Positions 29,056 through 39,571 of a stretch of 64,000 nt of DNA are shown here, in pieces; the first letter of the stretch is position 1; each line of letters starts with the position of its first letter. The notes below the pieces were generated by a model. The model was given only the letters and a program-made list of their open reading frames with translations, was not told the DNA's origin and searched no databases. The position numbers and the translations under genes are program-made. Origin of the DNA: Bacteroidales bacterium (GTDB taxonomy: Bacteria > Bacteroidota > Bacteroidia > Bacteroidales > UBA12077); assembly GCA_028282585.1 (NCBI GenBank), contig JANQHR010000102.1, positions 41,735 through 105,734 of the forward strand, given 5' to 3'.

Positions 29056-29385
29056 CTACTCTGCTTCTTCAGTTTCAGGCTTTCTATAATAGATTTCTCC
29101 GTCTAAAAACTCCTGTATTGCTATTAAGCTCGGCTTTGGTAACCTTTCGTAAAATCTGGATATTTCTATTTGCTCCCTATTTTCAAAAACCTCTTCAAGG
29201 TTATCTGTATAAGATGCAAATTCTTCCAACTTTCTGTTCAATTCTTCCTTAAGCTCACTTCCAATTTGATTTGCCCTTTTTGAAACTATAGCTACAGTTT
29301 CATAAATATTTCCTGTTTCTCGATCTACCTCATTTAAATTTCGTGTAACAGTTGATCCTGGAGCCTTTGTCTTTTTATAATCCAT
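29056..29385 (-). CDS. rpoZ: RNA polymerase omega subunit (Bacteroidota type)
   Basis: TGNIYETVAIVSKRANQI, ENREQIEISRFYERLPKP; located between bamD and coaBC. Confidence 0.9.
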   Translation of the reverse strand: MDYKKTKAPGSTVTRNLNEVDRETGNIYETVAIVSKRANQIGSELKEELNRKLEEFASYTDNLEEVFENREQIEISRFYERLPKPSLIAIQEFLDGEIYYRKPETEEAE

Positions 29386-29407
29386 CCTAATACAAATTAA
29401 TTTTATA

Positions 29408-30190
29408 CTAATTTTTCAAATTTCTTTGCGAATCGTCAAACATATCTTTTGCTTCTTTTATATATTCGCTTTTGGGCCATTCTCCCATAAACGAATAATA
29501 CTCATCAACAGTAGATTGATATCTTTCCGTTTTTTTTGTATCTACGCTGTTTTCTGCTAATAAAAACTTCGACTTAAGAATCATAAACATTAATTCTTCT
29601 CGGTAATCTGTTTCCGGAAAATCGTCTAAACTATTATTTAAAGCAATTATAGCTGCCTTATAATCGCCAAGATTATAATATAATTTGGCACTTTGATATG
29701 ATTTCTCCACTAATTTATTTCTTAGCTCTTCAATATACCTTGCGCATTCAGCTTTTCTTTCACTATTCGGATATCTCGATAGGTACAGTCCAAATAATGA
29801 AATTGCTTGATAAGAATATGCTTGATCCAAACTTGGTCGTGGTGACATTAGATAAGTACAATAAGCATTCATAAATTCAGCTTCTTGAGCGAATCTACTA
29901 TTTCCATATATTTTTCTAAACTCATCAAAATAATGAGATGCAAGCAGGTAACTTTTTTGATAATAACTACTATATGCAGTGTAAAAATATACGGTATCTG
30001 CTTGTTTTGTACCCCTTAATATAGGTTTTAGTTGCTCAAATAAACCTTCAGCCCTAACATAATCTTCTTCAGCATAATATTCAAGGGCTTTTTTATACTT
30101 TAAACTATAATCACGACTCTTCAATAATTTTTCGTACTTACACGACGAAACTATTGCCAACAGTAGAATAAACGGTATTAATCTTTTCAT
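29408..30190 (-). CDS. bamD: Outer membrane protein assembly factor BamD
   Basis: Lipoprotein start MKRLIPFILLLAIVSSC (30190), TPR-like helices, SPRPSLDQ, YPNSE, AKLYYNLGDYKAAII. Confidence 0.9.
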   Translation of the reverse strand: MKRLIPFILLLAIVSSCKYEKLLKSRDYSLKYKKALEYYAEEDYVRAEGLFEQLKPILRGTKQADTVYFYTAYSSYYQKSYLLASHYFDEFRKIYGNSRFAQEAEFMNAYCTYLMSPRPSLDQAYSYQAISLFGLYLSRYPNSERKAECARYIEELRNKLVEKSYQSAKLYYNLGDYKAAIIALNNSLDDFPETDYREELMFMILKSKFLLAENSVDTKKTERYQSTVDEYYSFMGEWPKSEYIKEAKDMFDDSQRNLKN

Positions 30191-30306
30191 TTTTTCAAAC
30201 ATTTTGCAAATGTACAATTTTAGTTTAAAATGCTAAAATTTAATTACACTAAACGCTGATTTTATTTAATTTATTTTCATCAATTTGCAATTTTTTCAAA
30301 AAAACG

Positions 30307-30314
30307 TACTTTTG
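30307..30314 (+). promoter_or_regulatory. Bacteroidota -7 promoter element
   Basis: TActTTTG matches TAnnTTTG, 38 nt upstream of the GTG start. Confidence 0.55.
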
Positions 30315-30351
30315 TGCCTTTAATATAAGTAACCAATAAAAATCTATAATC

Positions 30352-31605
30352 GTGGATATTTTTGAAAAGATAAAACAAAGTATGGGGCCATTAGGCCAAC
30401 ATATGAAAGAAGCTCATGGATATTTTATGTTTCCAAAGTTAGAAGGCGATATTAAACCTAAAATGATGTTTAGGGGAAAAGAAGTTCTAACATGGAGTTT
30501 AAATAACTACATTGGATTGGCAAATCATCCGGAAGTAAGAAAGACCGATTCTGAAGCTACTGAAGAGTGGGGGCTAGCTTATCCAATGGGCGCCAGAATG
30601 ATGTCTGGTCAAACAAGTAAGCATGAAGAACTAGAATCAAAATTAGCTGAATTTGTTGGAAAAGAAGATGCTTACCTATTAAATTTTGGATATCAGGGAA
30701 TGGTATCTATTATAGATAGCTTAGTAACAAGAAACGATGTTATCGTTTATGATTCTGAATCACATGCTTGTATTATGGATGGAGTTTTTCTTCATAAAGC
30801 AAAAGGAGGAAAAAGTTTTGTTTTCCCGCATAATGACATGGAAAAGTGTGAGAAAATGTTACAATTCGCATCTAAAAATGCTACAGGTTGCAAAGGTGGT
30901 GTTCTTTTAATTACAGAAGGTGTATTTGGAATGGCCGGTGACTTAGGCAAATTAAAAGAAATTGTAGCTTTAAAAGATAAATATGATTTCAGGTTATTAG
31001 TTGATGATGCTCATGGTTTCGGTACAATGGGCGAAACAGGCGCCGGTACTGGTGAATTTTTAGGAATACAGGATGGTATAGATGTTTATTTTTCAACTTT
31101 TGCAAAGGCAATGGCTGGAATTGGAGCATTCGTTGCATCTAATGAAGATGTTATTAATTATTTAAGATATAATTTGCGATCGCAAATCTTTGCTAAATCT
31201 TTACCAATGCCATTAGTAGTTGGTAGTTTAAAAAGATTAGAACTACTGAAAACACAAGATCAATTAAGAGAAAATCTTTGGGCAGTTGTACGTGCTTTAC
31301 AAAAAGGATTACGTGATGCCGGTTTTGATTTAGGCGAAACAGAATCTCCTGTAACACCAGTTTATTTATCAGGAAGTATCCCTGAAGGAACAAATATTAC
31401 AATGGACTTGCGAGAAAATTATAATGTATTCTGTTCAATTGTTGTATATCCTGTAATTCCTAAAGGACAATTATTATTGAGACTTATTCCTACTGCAATG
31501 CATACTCTTGAAGATGTTGAATATACTATCAACGCATTTACAGCAGTTAAAAAGAAATTAGAAGCGGGTGAATATAAGGCAGATAGAATTGCTCCGGTGA
31601 AGTAA
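30352..31605 (+). CDS. PLP-dependent alpha-oxoamine synthase, probable cysteate acyl-ACP transferase (sulfonolipid SulA type)
   Basis: NNYIGLA, SHACI, EGVFGMAGD, DDAHGFG, STFAK (PLP Lys). The motifs GPLGQ..AHGYF.FPKLEG, PMGARMMSGQT and RSQIFAKSLP match my recollection of the Alistipes/Flavobacterium cysteate acyltransferase clade better than BioF or Bacteroides SPT. Confidence 0.75.
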   Translation: MDIFEKIKQSMGPLGQHMKEAHGYFMFPKLEGDIKPKMMFRGKEVLTWSLNNYIGLANHPEVRKTDSEATEEWGLAYPMGARMMSGQTSKHEELESKLAEFVGKEDAYLLNFGYQGMVSIIDSLVTRNDVIVYDSESHACIMDGVFLHKAKGGKSFVFPHNDMEKCEKMLQFASKNATGCKGGVLLITEGVFGMAGDLGKLKEIVALKDKYDFRLLVDDAHGFGTMGETGAGTGEFLGIQDGIDVYFSTFAKAMAGIGAFVASNEDVINYLRYNLRSQIFAKSLPMPLVVGSLKRLELLKTQDQLRENLWAVVRALQKGLRDAGFDLGETESPVTPVYLSGSIPEGTNITMDLRENYNVFCSIVVYPVIPKGQLLLRLIPTAMHTLEDVEYTINAFTAVKKKLEAGEYKADRIAPVK

Positions 31606-31614
31606 TCATTATAC

Positions 31615-31659
31615 AAAAAATAAGAAAGCCATCTTTAACAGATGGCTTTCTTATTTTTT
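31615..31659. terminator. Bidirectional intrinsic terminator
   Basis: aaaaaataagaaagccatct-ttaac-agatggctttcttatttttt perfect inverted repeat between convergent genes. Confidence 0.85.
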
Positions 31660-31671
31660 AATTATCTGCTA

Positions 31672-32658
31672 TTAAGATCCAAGAAATCGTTCTGCATCCA
31701 TGGCTGCTCTACAACCAGTCCCAGCGGCAGTAACTGCCTGACGGTAATGAGGGTCCATTACATCGCCGCATGCAAACACTCCAGGAACTTTTGTAATTGT
31801 ACTATCTGCTTCGGTTTTAATATAACCTACCTCATCAGTATCCAAATATTCCTTAAATATATCTGAATTTGGAGTATGTCCAATTGCCAAAAAGAATCCA
31901 TGAACATCAATTTTAACCTCCTCACCTTTTCCGTTTGTTAAAATAACTCCTGTTACACCACTCATATCACCAACTATTTCCTTTGTTGTATGCTCATAAA
32001 GTATTTCTATATTTTTTGTTTTAAAAACTCTATCCTGCATCACTTTAGAAGCACGCATATGATCTTTTCTGATAATTAAATATACTTTATCACATAATCC
32101 TGCCAAATAAGTAGCCTCTTCTGCAGCAGTATCCCCACCCCCCACTACTGCAACATCTTTTCCTTTATAAAAGAAACCATCACAAGTGGCACAAGCAGAA
32201 ACACCCTGACCTTTGAACTTTTCTTCAGATTCTATACCTAAATACTTAGCAGTTGCTCCCGTAGCAATAATTAAACTTTCTGCTTCAATAAGCTTTTTAC
32301 CATCAATTGTAACCTTAAAAGGCCTTTCTGATAAATCTGCTGTCGTAGCCATACCAAACCTAACATCGGTTCCAAAACGCTGCGCTTGTTTTTTAAAGTC
32401 TTCCATCATTGCAGGGCCTGTTATACCTTCCGGATAACCTGGATAATTCTCAACATCGTTTGTAGTTGTTAATTGTCCACCTGGTTCCATACCTTCGTAC
32501 ATTACCGGATTTAAGTTTGCTCTTGCCGCATAAATTGCCGCGGTAAATCCTGCCGGACCCGACCCTACAATCAGACATTTTACTTTTTCCACTTCAGAAT
32601 CCACTTGTTTTGGGTTATTTTCTTCTTCTTGATTATCCAATGCTTTAAATAATGCCAT
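31672..32658 (-). CDS. trxB: Thioredoxin reductase
   Basis: IVGSGPAGFTAAIY, GGQLTTT, SACATCDG active site, VVGGGDTA, YRQAVTAAGTG. Confidence 0.96.
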   Translation of the reverse strand: MALFKALDNQEEENNPKQVDSEVEKVKCLIVGSGPAGFTAAIYAARANLNPVMYEGMEPGGQLTTTNDVENYPGYPEGITGPAMMEDFKKQAQRFGTDVRFGMATTADLSERPFKVTIDGKKLIEAESLIIATGATAKYLGIESEEKFKGQGVSACATCDGFFYKGKDVAVVGGGDTAAEEATYLAGLCDKVYLIIRKDHMRASKVMQDRVFKTKNIEILYEHTTKEIVGDMSGVTGVILTNGKGEEVKIDVHGFFLAIGHTPNSDIFKEYLDTDEVGYIKTEADSTITKVPGVFACGDVMDPHYRQAVTAAGTGCRAAMDAERFLGS

Positions 32659-32792
32659 TTTTTTATTGTTTATTTAATTGATTTATTTTTCTTTACTAAC
32701 CATCTAAATATTTTAATAAGTATGGTTTTTTGCATCAATAAATATACCACATTTTAAATAAATATTAATTTTGCATTTTAAGATTTGATAAG

Positions 32793-32800
32793 TATTTTTG
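32793..32800 (+). promoter_or_regulatory. -7 promoter element of the tRNA gene
   Basis: TAttTTTG, 10 nt upstream of the tRNA. Confidence 0.55.
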
Positions 32801-32809
32801 CTAATTATT

Positions 32810-32884
32810 CGGGATGTAGCTCAGCCAGGTTAGAGTACACGTCTGGGGGGCGTGGGGTCGGAAGTTCGAATCTTCTCATCCCGA
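32810..32884 (+). tRNA. tRNA-Pro(GGG)
   Basis: Acceptor stem CGGGATG/CATCCCG, D arm GCTC/GAGT, anticodon arm CACGT-CTGGGGG-GCGTG, T arm GGAAG-TTCGAAT-CTTCT. CCA is not encoded. Confidence 0.96.
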
Positions 32885-32885
32885 C

Positions 32886-32916
32886 AAAAGCCATAGTTTA
32901 TATATTATGGCTTTTT
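32886..32916 (+). terminator. tRNA terminator
   Basis: aaaagccata-gtttatatat-tatggcttttt. Confidence 0.7.
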
Positions 32917-32987
32917 CTGTCTTTATGTCAGTAATTAATGTAATTATATATTATTAACTTTATGCTTCTAACGCAAATCTTACATTC

Positions 32988-34001
32988 ATGAAAAAAATTA
33001 TTATTCTTTCAACTTTAATTCTTGCAAGTATCTTGGTTTTTTCTCAAACGAATAAAAATACGTTCACTGCAATGTTTTACAATGTAGAGAATCTTTTTGA
33101 TACAACTGATGATCCAAATACTAAAGATGATGAATTTACTCCTGAAGGAAGCAAAAGATGGAACACGGAAAGGTATGAAAAGAAATTAAAAAATCTATCT
33201 ATTGTAATTAGTTCTATTAGAGATGATGAATTACCAGAACTGGTTGGTTTATGTGAAATAGAAAACCGTAAAGTAATTCATGATTTAATAATGCAAGAAA
33301 GAATAAAAAATGCGAGGTACAGATTTGTGCACAAAGATAGCCCTGACACCCGTGGAATTGATGTTGCTTTGTTATATAATGCCGAAGAATTCCTCTATTT
33401 AAATCATAAAATAATTCCAGTAAAACCTGAATTTGATAAAGATTTTAAATCGAGAGATATACTTTATGTTAGAGGTATTATTAACAAGAAAGATACATTA
33501 CATGTTTTTATTAATCATTGGAAATCAAGATGGGGCGGAACAGAAGAAACTGAAAAATACCGCGTTGAATATGCCAGGTTAGTAAGAAACGAAATAAATC
33601 GGATTACAAATGCATATAACCCTTCTAAAATCTTGGTTATGGGAGATCTAAATGATACTCCAAATAATAAAAGTGTTAAGGAAATACTAAAAGCAGATAA
33701 TACAGGTAATAAGGAATCATTGTACAATTTAATGCTTCCATTTACTGAAAAGGGATTAGGAACCCATAATTATAAAGGAGAATGGAGTGTATTAGATCAT
33801 ATTATAGTATCCAATTCATTATTAAACAGCGAAACAGGTTTTGTTGTTAAAAATAAAGAAGCGCATATTTTTTCAGCAGGTTGGATCACATATGAAAGCA
33901 AAGATGGGTATAAAAGTCCAAACAGGACATATGGAGGATTAAATTATTATGGTGGATATAGCGATCATTATCCGGTTTATGTTGTACTTACCAAGAAATA
34001 A
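32988..34001 (+). CDS. Secreted endonuclease/exonuclease/phosphatase family protein
   Basis: Signal peptide; FYNVENLFD, GLCEIEN, DTRGIDVALLY, NHWKSR, MGDLND, LDHIIVS, GYSDHYPV. Confidence 0.9.
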   Translation: MKKIIILSTLILASILVFSQTNKNTFTAMFYNVENLFDTTDDPNTKDDEFTPEGSKRWNTERYEKKLKNLSIVISSIRDDELPELVGLCEIENRKVIHDLIMQERIKNARYRFVHKDSPDTRGIDVALLYNAEEFLYLNHKIIPVKPEFDKDFKSRDILYVRGIINKKDTLHVFINHWKSRWGGTEETEKYRVEYARLVRNEINRITNAYNPSKILVMGDLNDTPNNKSVKEILKADNTGNKESLYNLMLPFTEKGLGTHNYKGEWSVLDHIIVSNSLLNSETGFVVKNKEAHIFSAGWITYESKDGYKSPNRTYGGLNYYGGYSDHYPVYVVLTKK

Positions 34002-34007
34002 GTTTTA

Positions 34008-36023
34008 ATGAAATTTAAACTAACTTCTGATTATAAGCCAACTGGAGATCAACCTGAAGCTATAAAACAACTTGCAGAAGGAATTGATCGTGGAGATAAA
34101 TATCAAACTTTGCTTGGAGTAACAGGATCGGGAAAGACTTTCTCTGTTGCAAACGTTATTGAAAAAGTTGAAAGACCAACCCTCGTATTAAGTCATAATA
34201 AAACATTAGCGGCGCAATTATATGGTGAGTTTAAACAATTTTTTCCTGAAAATGCGGTAGAGTATTTTGTTTCATATTACGATTATTACCAACCGGAAGC
34301 CTATTTACCGGTTACTGACACTTATATAGAAAAAGATTTATCAATAAATGAAGAAATCGAAAAATTAAGACTAAGTGCTACATCTGCATTATTATCAGGA
34401 AGAAGAGATGTGATTGTAGTTTCTTCGGTTTCTTGTTTATATGGTATTGGAAATCCCGAAGATTTTCATAGTAATACTGTTACGATTAACCAGGGACAAA
34501 CCATTAATAGAAATCAGTTCCTAAGATATTTAGTTGAAAGCCTCTATTCCCGTAGTGAGATTGATTTTAAACCCGGCACATTCAGGGTTAATGGCGATAC
34601 CATTGATATTTATCTAGCCTATAGCGATTTGGCCTATAGAGTGGTGTTTTGGGGTGATGAAATAGAAGAAATAGAATCGTTTGATCCAATTAACAACCAA
34701 ACAATTGAAAACTTAAAAACAGGAATAATATATCCTGCCAACATATTTGTTACAACAAAAGAACGAATGAATAGAGCCATTCATCAGATTCAAGATGATC
34801 TATTTGCACAAATTGAATATTTCAAATCAATTGGTAAAAGCTATGAAGCCAAACGAATAAAAGATCGTGTTGAATATGATCTAGAAATGATCAAGGAGCT
34901 TGGCTACTGCCCGGGGATTGAAAATTATTCGAGGTATTTTGACGGAAGAAAACCTGGAACAAGACCATTTTGTTTATTGGATTACTTCCCTGATGATTTT
35001 TTAACCGTTGTTGATGAAAGTCATGTTACTCTTCCCCAAATTAGAGCTATGTTTGGTGGCGATCATTCCCGTAAAAAAAATTTAGTTGAATATGGTTTTA
35101 GATTACCGGCAGCAGTTGACAACAGACCTTTAAAATTTGAGGAGTTTGAAGTTTTAACAAAACAATTAATGTTTGTTAGTGCTACCCCAGGCGATTATGA
35201 GTTTGAAAAATGTGAAGGAGTATTTGTTGAACAAGTTATAAGGCCAACCGGATTACTGGATCCTGAAATTGAAATAAAACCTTCGTTAAATCAGATTGAT
35301 GATTTAATGGAGGAAATAAATATTCGAGTTGAAAAAGGCCAAAGAACCTTAGTAACAACTTTAACCAAAAGAATGGCCGAAGAGCTTACAAAATATTTAA
35401 CCCGTTTTGAAATTAAATGTAGGTATATCCATTCTGATATTGATACACTGGAACGTGTTGAAATTATGGATCAATTGCGGGACGGAACATTTGATGTATT
35501 GATTGGGGTGAATCTTTTACGCGAAGGACTTGATCTACCTGAAGTAGCTTTAGTTGCAATTTTAGACGCAGATAAAGAAGGTTTTTTACGTTCCAATAGA
35601 TCACTTACTCAAACCGCCGGACGCGCTGCAAGAAATATTGAAGGAAAAGTAATCATGTATGCAGACAAAACTACAGATTCCATGCAGCAAACGATAGATC
35701 AAACCGTTTATAGAAGAGAAAAGCAGTTAGCATATAATGAAAAACATGGTATAACTCCTAAACAAATTGTAAAGGCATCTCGATCATTAATGGGTAATTA
35801 CCAGAAAAAAGCTGTCGCAAAAAGTAAAGCTTATTCTGAACCTGAAGGATTAGACATTGCCGCTGATCCTATAGTAAAGTATATGGATAAAGTTGCATTG
35901 GAAAAGGCGATTGAGAAAACTAAATTATTAATGGAAAAAGCAGCAAAAGAATTAGATTTTCAAGAAGCAGCCAGACTAAGGGATGAAATGTTTGCATTGC
36001 AAGAACTTGCTAAAACGAAATAA
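34008..36023 (+). CDS. uvrB: Excinuclease ABC subunit B
   Basis: PTGDQPEAI, LGVTGSGKT, YFVSYYDYYQPEAY, DESH, NLLREGLDLPEV, QTAGRAARN, C-terminal UVR domain. Confidence 0.98.
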   Translation: MKFKLTSDYKPTGDQPEAIKQLAEGIDRGDKYQTLLGVTGSGKTFSVANVIEKVERPTLVLSHNKTLAAQLYGEFKQFFPENAVEYFVSYYDYYQPEAYLPVTDTYIEKDLSINEEIEKLRLSATSALLSGRRDVIVVSSVSCLYGIGNPEDFHSNTVTINQGQTINRNQFLRYLVESLYSRSEIDFKPGTFRVNGDTIDIYLAYSDLAYRVVFWGDEIEEIESFDPINNQTIENLKTGIIYPANIFVTTKERMNRAIHQIQDDLFAQIEYFKSIGKSYEAKRIKDRVEYDLEMIKELGYCPGIENYSRYFDGRKPGTRPFCLLDYFPDDFLTVVDESHVTLPQIRAMFGGDHSRKKNLVEYGFRLPAAVDNRPLKFEEFEVLTKQLMFVSATPGDYEFEKCEGVFVEQVIRPTGLLDPEIEIKPSLNQIDDLMEEINIRVEKGQRTLVTTLTKRMAEELTKYLTRFEIKCRYIHSDIDTLERVEIMDQLRDGTFDVLIGVNLLREGLDLPEVALVAILDADKEGFLRSNRSLTQTAGRAARNIEGKVIMYADKTTDSMQQTIDQTVYRREKQLAYNEKHGITPKQIVKASRSLMGNYQKKAVAKSKAYSEPEGLDIAADPIVKYMDKVALEKAIEKTKLLMEKAAKELDFQEAARLRDEMFALQELAKTK

Positions 36024-36105
36024 AAGTAGGATGTCCGAAAAGTCAAAGTTCAGTTTATCTTTTACAGAATAAGATATTTGAAAAAAATCTCGTGTTGGGA
36101 CAAAT

Positions 36106-36140
36106 AAAAAGGGCTGTCGAAAAGTTTTCGGACAGCCCCT
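36106..36140 (-). terminator. Terminator between convergent uvrB and rpoD
   Basis: aaaaagggctgtc-gaaaagttttcg-gacagcccc hairpin. Confidence 0.7.
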
Positions 36141-36158
36141 CTAAATCTTTTAACAACC

Positions 36159-37019
36159 TTAACCTAAATAAGACTTTAACAATTTACTTCTTGATGTATG
36201 ACGTAATCTTCGAATAGCTTTTTCCTTAATCTGCCTAACTCTTTCACGAGTTAATCCAAACCGATCACCTATTTCCTCTAAAGTCATCTCTGATACTCCA
36301 ATTCCAAAAAAGTATCTAACAATATCTCGCTCACGTTCGGTTAGAGTAGCTAATGCTCTATCTACTTCTCTTTTAAGTGATTCATTTATTAATGTAACAT
36401 CAGTATTTGGAGAATCATCACTGATAAGAACATCCAGTAAACTACTATCCTCTCCTTCGGCAAAAGGAGCATCAACCGATACATGGCGTCCTGATACTCT
36501 CATCGTATCAGCTACTTTATCTTTTGGAAGCTCTAATTTATCTGCGATTTCATCTGCAGATGGAGTTCTTTCATTTTCCTGTTCAAATCTTGAAAACGCC
36601 TTGTTTATTTTATTCAAAGAACCAACCTGATTCAATGGTAGACGAACAATTCTAGATTGTTCTGCCAAAGCCTGTAATATAGATTGTCGAATCCACCAAA
36701 CTGCGTATGATATAAATTTAAAGCCACGAGTTTCATCGAATTTCTCTGCAGCTTTAATTAATCCCAAATTTCCTTCATTAATCAAATCAGGAAGAGTTAA
36801 ACCCTGATTTTGGTATTGTTTAGCAACAGAAACGACAAATCTTAAATTAGCTTTAGTTAACTTTTCCAATGCTAACCGATCTCCCTTTCTAATTTTTTGA
36901 GCTAATTCAACTTCCTCTTCTACTGTTACAAGGCCCTCTTTACCAATTTCCTGCAAGTACTTATCGAGAGAAGCACTTTCCCTGTTAGTAATTGATTTAG
37001 TGATTTTTAGTTGTCTCAT
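36159..37019 (-). CDS. rpoD: Primary sigma factor (short Bacteroidota RpoD lacking region 1.1)
   Basis: [64 protein letters not shown]. Confidence 0.92.
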   Translation of the reverse strand: MRQLKITKSITNRESASLDKYLQEIGKEGLVTVEEEVELAQKIRKGDRLALEKLTKANLRFVVSVAKQYQNQGLTLPDLINEGNLGLIKAAEKFDETRGFKFISYAVWWIRQSILQALAEQSRIVRLPLNQVGSLNKINKAFSRFEQENERTPSADEIADKLELPKDKVADTMRVSGRHVSVDAPFAEGEDSSLLDVLISDDSPNTDVTLINESLKREVDRALATLTERERDIVRYFFGIGVSEMTLEEIGDRFGLTRERVRQIKEKAIRRLRHTSRSKLLKSYLG

Positions 37020-37101
37020 TGGCTATTAGAAAATTTATGATTATTGTGACTCATTGTCAATGTTTTCTGCTTAGCCAAAACCTTAAAAAATCCTTTTTTG
37101 A

Positions 37102-38589
37102 TCAGTTTAGCTTTACTCTGTACTTATAAACATAAATGTATCTTGTTCCAGAGTGCATAGCTTCAATTTCAACAACTTCTCCTTCCTTCTTTTTGCTTAG
37201 GATACTTTTAACATCATCAATCCCTTTTACCTTCTGATCTTCTATATGAGTAATAATATACCCTTCTTCTAAACCTGCTTTTTGTAAGGCTCCATTTTTT
37301 ATATCTGTTACCCTTACACCATATTCGATATCATATAGCCTTCTGTCACGACTATCCAGAATTCTCAGAGAAGCTCCAAGGCTTGATATAAATTCCTCGG
37401 CTTTGACAATCTCAGTGTTTCCATGCATATTACGTAAAAGAACCTCAAATTGTTTCCTTTTATTCTCTCTTTTAACCGTAACATATATAGTTTCACCCGG
37501 GCGATATTTACCAATCTGAGCAGTTAATTCAGCCGTGCTATTAACCTTTACATTATTAATTTCCAGAATTATATCACCAGATTTTATTCCTGCTTCTCTA
37601 GCTGCACCTTCATTAGCATTTACTATATAAACACCTTCTATCTTATCCAAATTGTTCTTTTCAGCAATTTCACTATCAACATCTCTAATTTCAACTCCAA
37701 GCACTGCTCTTTGAACTTCGCCAAACTTAATAAGATCTGCTACGACTTTTTTAACCAAATTAATAGGTATAGCAAATGAATATCCAGAATAAGCTCCGGA
37801 CGGAGATATAATTGCAGAATTAATACCAACCAGTTCTCCTTTTAGATTTACTAAAGCTCCGCCACTGTTTCCTTTATTAACAGCAGCATCTGTTTGAATA
37901 TAAGATTCAATTGTATATTGTGCACGTCTTCTTAGAATATTTATGTTACGTGCTTTTGCGCTAACAATACCCGCAGTTACTGTAGAAGTCAAATTAAAGG
38001 GATTACCAACGGCCAATACCCATTCTCCTACCTTTAAAATATCAGAATTACCAAGAGCAATATATGGTAAATCGGTTCCATCTATTTTTAAAAGTGCCAG
38101 ATCGGTTCCTCTGTCTACCCCTACTAATTCTGCAGTAAAAGTTCTTTTATCATTTAAAACTACCTGAACTTCATCCGACTTTTCAATTACATGATAATTT
38201 GTAACGATATAACCGTCTTCAGAAATTATAACTCCAGAACCAAACGCCTCAATGGGTTGTCTTTGGACATCACCGAAGAAAAATTCATAAAGTGGGTTTT
38301 CATAATAATCCGTTTCCAAGTTAAATTTTGAAGTTACGTGAACTACCGCATTTACGCTTTTTTCTGCAGCCTCAGTAAAATCTAAAAATTGTCCATACGA
38401 ACTTACTGGATCTTGTGTATAGTTTACTAAATTCGAATCTTCTAATATTTCAATTGTATTTTGCTTTTGGGATTCTAAATCCGGTTTTTCTTCAATCTCA
38501 TCTTTTATAAAATTCGAATAAATAATTATAGCAAATAGTGATGACAATAATGCTATTAAAATATTACCTAAAAATATTCTTGTTTTCAT
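37102..38589 (-). CDS. htrA: HtrA/DegP (Do family) serine protease with two PDZ domains
   Basis: GSGVII..GYIVTNYHV, DLALLK, IQTDAAVNKGNSGG; N-terminal anchor; two PDZ domains. Confidence 0.93.
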   Translation of the reverse strand: MKTRIFLGNILIALLSSLFAIIIYSNFIKDEIEEKPDLESQKQNTIEILEDSNLVNYTQDPVSSYGQFLDFTEAAEKSVNAVVHVTSKFNLETDYYENPLYEFFFGDVQRQPIEAFGSGVIISEDGYIVTNYHVIEKSDEVQVVLNDKRTFTAELVGVDRGTDLALLKIDGTDLPYIALGNSDILKVGEWVLAVGNPFNLTSTVTAGIVSAKARNINILRRRAQYTIESYIQTDAAVNKGNSGGALVNLKGELVGINSAIISPSGAYSGYSFAIPINLVKKVVADLIKFGEVQRAVLGVEIRDVDSEIAEKNNLDKIEGVYIVNANEGAAREAGIKSGDIILEINNVKVNSTAELTAQIGKYRPGETIYVTVKRENKRKQFEVLLRNMHGNTEIVKAEEFISSLGASLRILDSRDRRLYDIEYGVRVTDIKNGALQKAGLEEGYIITHIEDQKVKGIDDVKSILSKKKEGEVVEIEAMHSGTRYIYVYKYRVKLN

Positions 38590-38735
38590 ATCTTTTTTTA
38601 TTATAGATTCAACCTATTAATTTCAAAATTAATGCCTGCAAAGCTTAAATTAAAAACTGTTTAACATTATTTAACAAAAAGTAAACTTTCGCAACTTTTT
38701 CCTAATTTATTTATAAGTTTACAAAAAAATGCTAT

Positions 38736-39515
38736 ATGAGGTTCAAATTTCATAAATATCAAGGTACAGGAAATGATTTTATTATTATTGATAATAGGGC
38801 TAAAAACTTCAATTTAAATCAATTACAGATTATTAATTTGTGTAATAGAAGATTTGGTATTGGTGCTGATGGTTTAATGTTACTTGAAAAGCATAAAGAC
38901 TTTGATTTTTTAATGAAGTATTTTAATTCTGACGGTAAAGAAAGCACTATGTGCGGTAATGGAGGGAGGTGCCTTGTTCGTTATGCATATTCTTTAAATA
39001 TTACTAATAAAGAAATCCAGTTTATGGCTATAGATGGTAAGCATAAAGCCAAAGTAAATGATAATAATACTATTTCTTTACAAATGAATGATGTGTCAGA
39101 AATAAATATCGTCAATACTAATTTTTTCCTTAATACCGGTTCACCACATTATGTTACATTTAGAGAAGATATTAATAACCTGGATGTTTTTAACCGGGGT
39201 AGAGAAATAAGATATAGCGCCGAATTTGAACCGGATGGAACAAATGTGAACTTTGTTGAAATTCAGAATGGTAAAATTTATGTTCGAACTTATGAACGAG
39301 GTGTAGAGAACGAGACCTTATCTTGCGGAACTGGTGTTACTGCATCTGCCATTTGTGCATCGTTATACTCAAAATCTGACAAAAATTCATATGACATTTT
39401 AACCAAAGGCGGTAATTTGAATGTTTCATTCAAAAAAGTTGATAAAAACAATTTTAAAGATATCTGGTTAACCGGGCCAGCTGATTTTGTATTTGAAGGA
39501 GAAATTGAAATTTAA
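38736..39515 (+). CDS. dapF: Diaminopimelate epimerase
   Basis: KYQGTGNDF, GIGADG, MCGNGGRC, TGSPH, RTYERGVENETLSCGTG. Confidence 0.97.
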   Translation: MRFKFHKYQGTGNDFIIIDNRAKNFNLNQLQIINLCNRRFGIGADGLMLLEKHKDFDFLMKYFNSDGKESTMCGNGGRCLVRYAYSLNITNKEIQFMAIDGKHKAKVNDNNTISLQMNDVSEINIVNTNFFLNTGSPHYVTFREDINNLDVFNRGREIRYSAEFEPDGTNVNFVEIQNGKIYVRTYERGVENETLSCGTGVTASAICASLYSKSDKNSYDILTKGGNLNVSFKKVDKNNFKDIWLTGPADFVFEGEIEI

Positions 39516-39571
39516 ACTTTAATCCAAATCAAAAGTCAAAAGTAAAATCCTAAAATTAAATCTATATTATC

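Noticed and set aside
32810-32884. tRNA-Pro as an island integration site
   Set aside because: No integrase nearby, no duplicated tRNA 3' end noticed, and the flanks are housekeeping genes.
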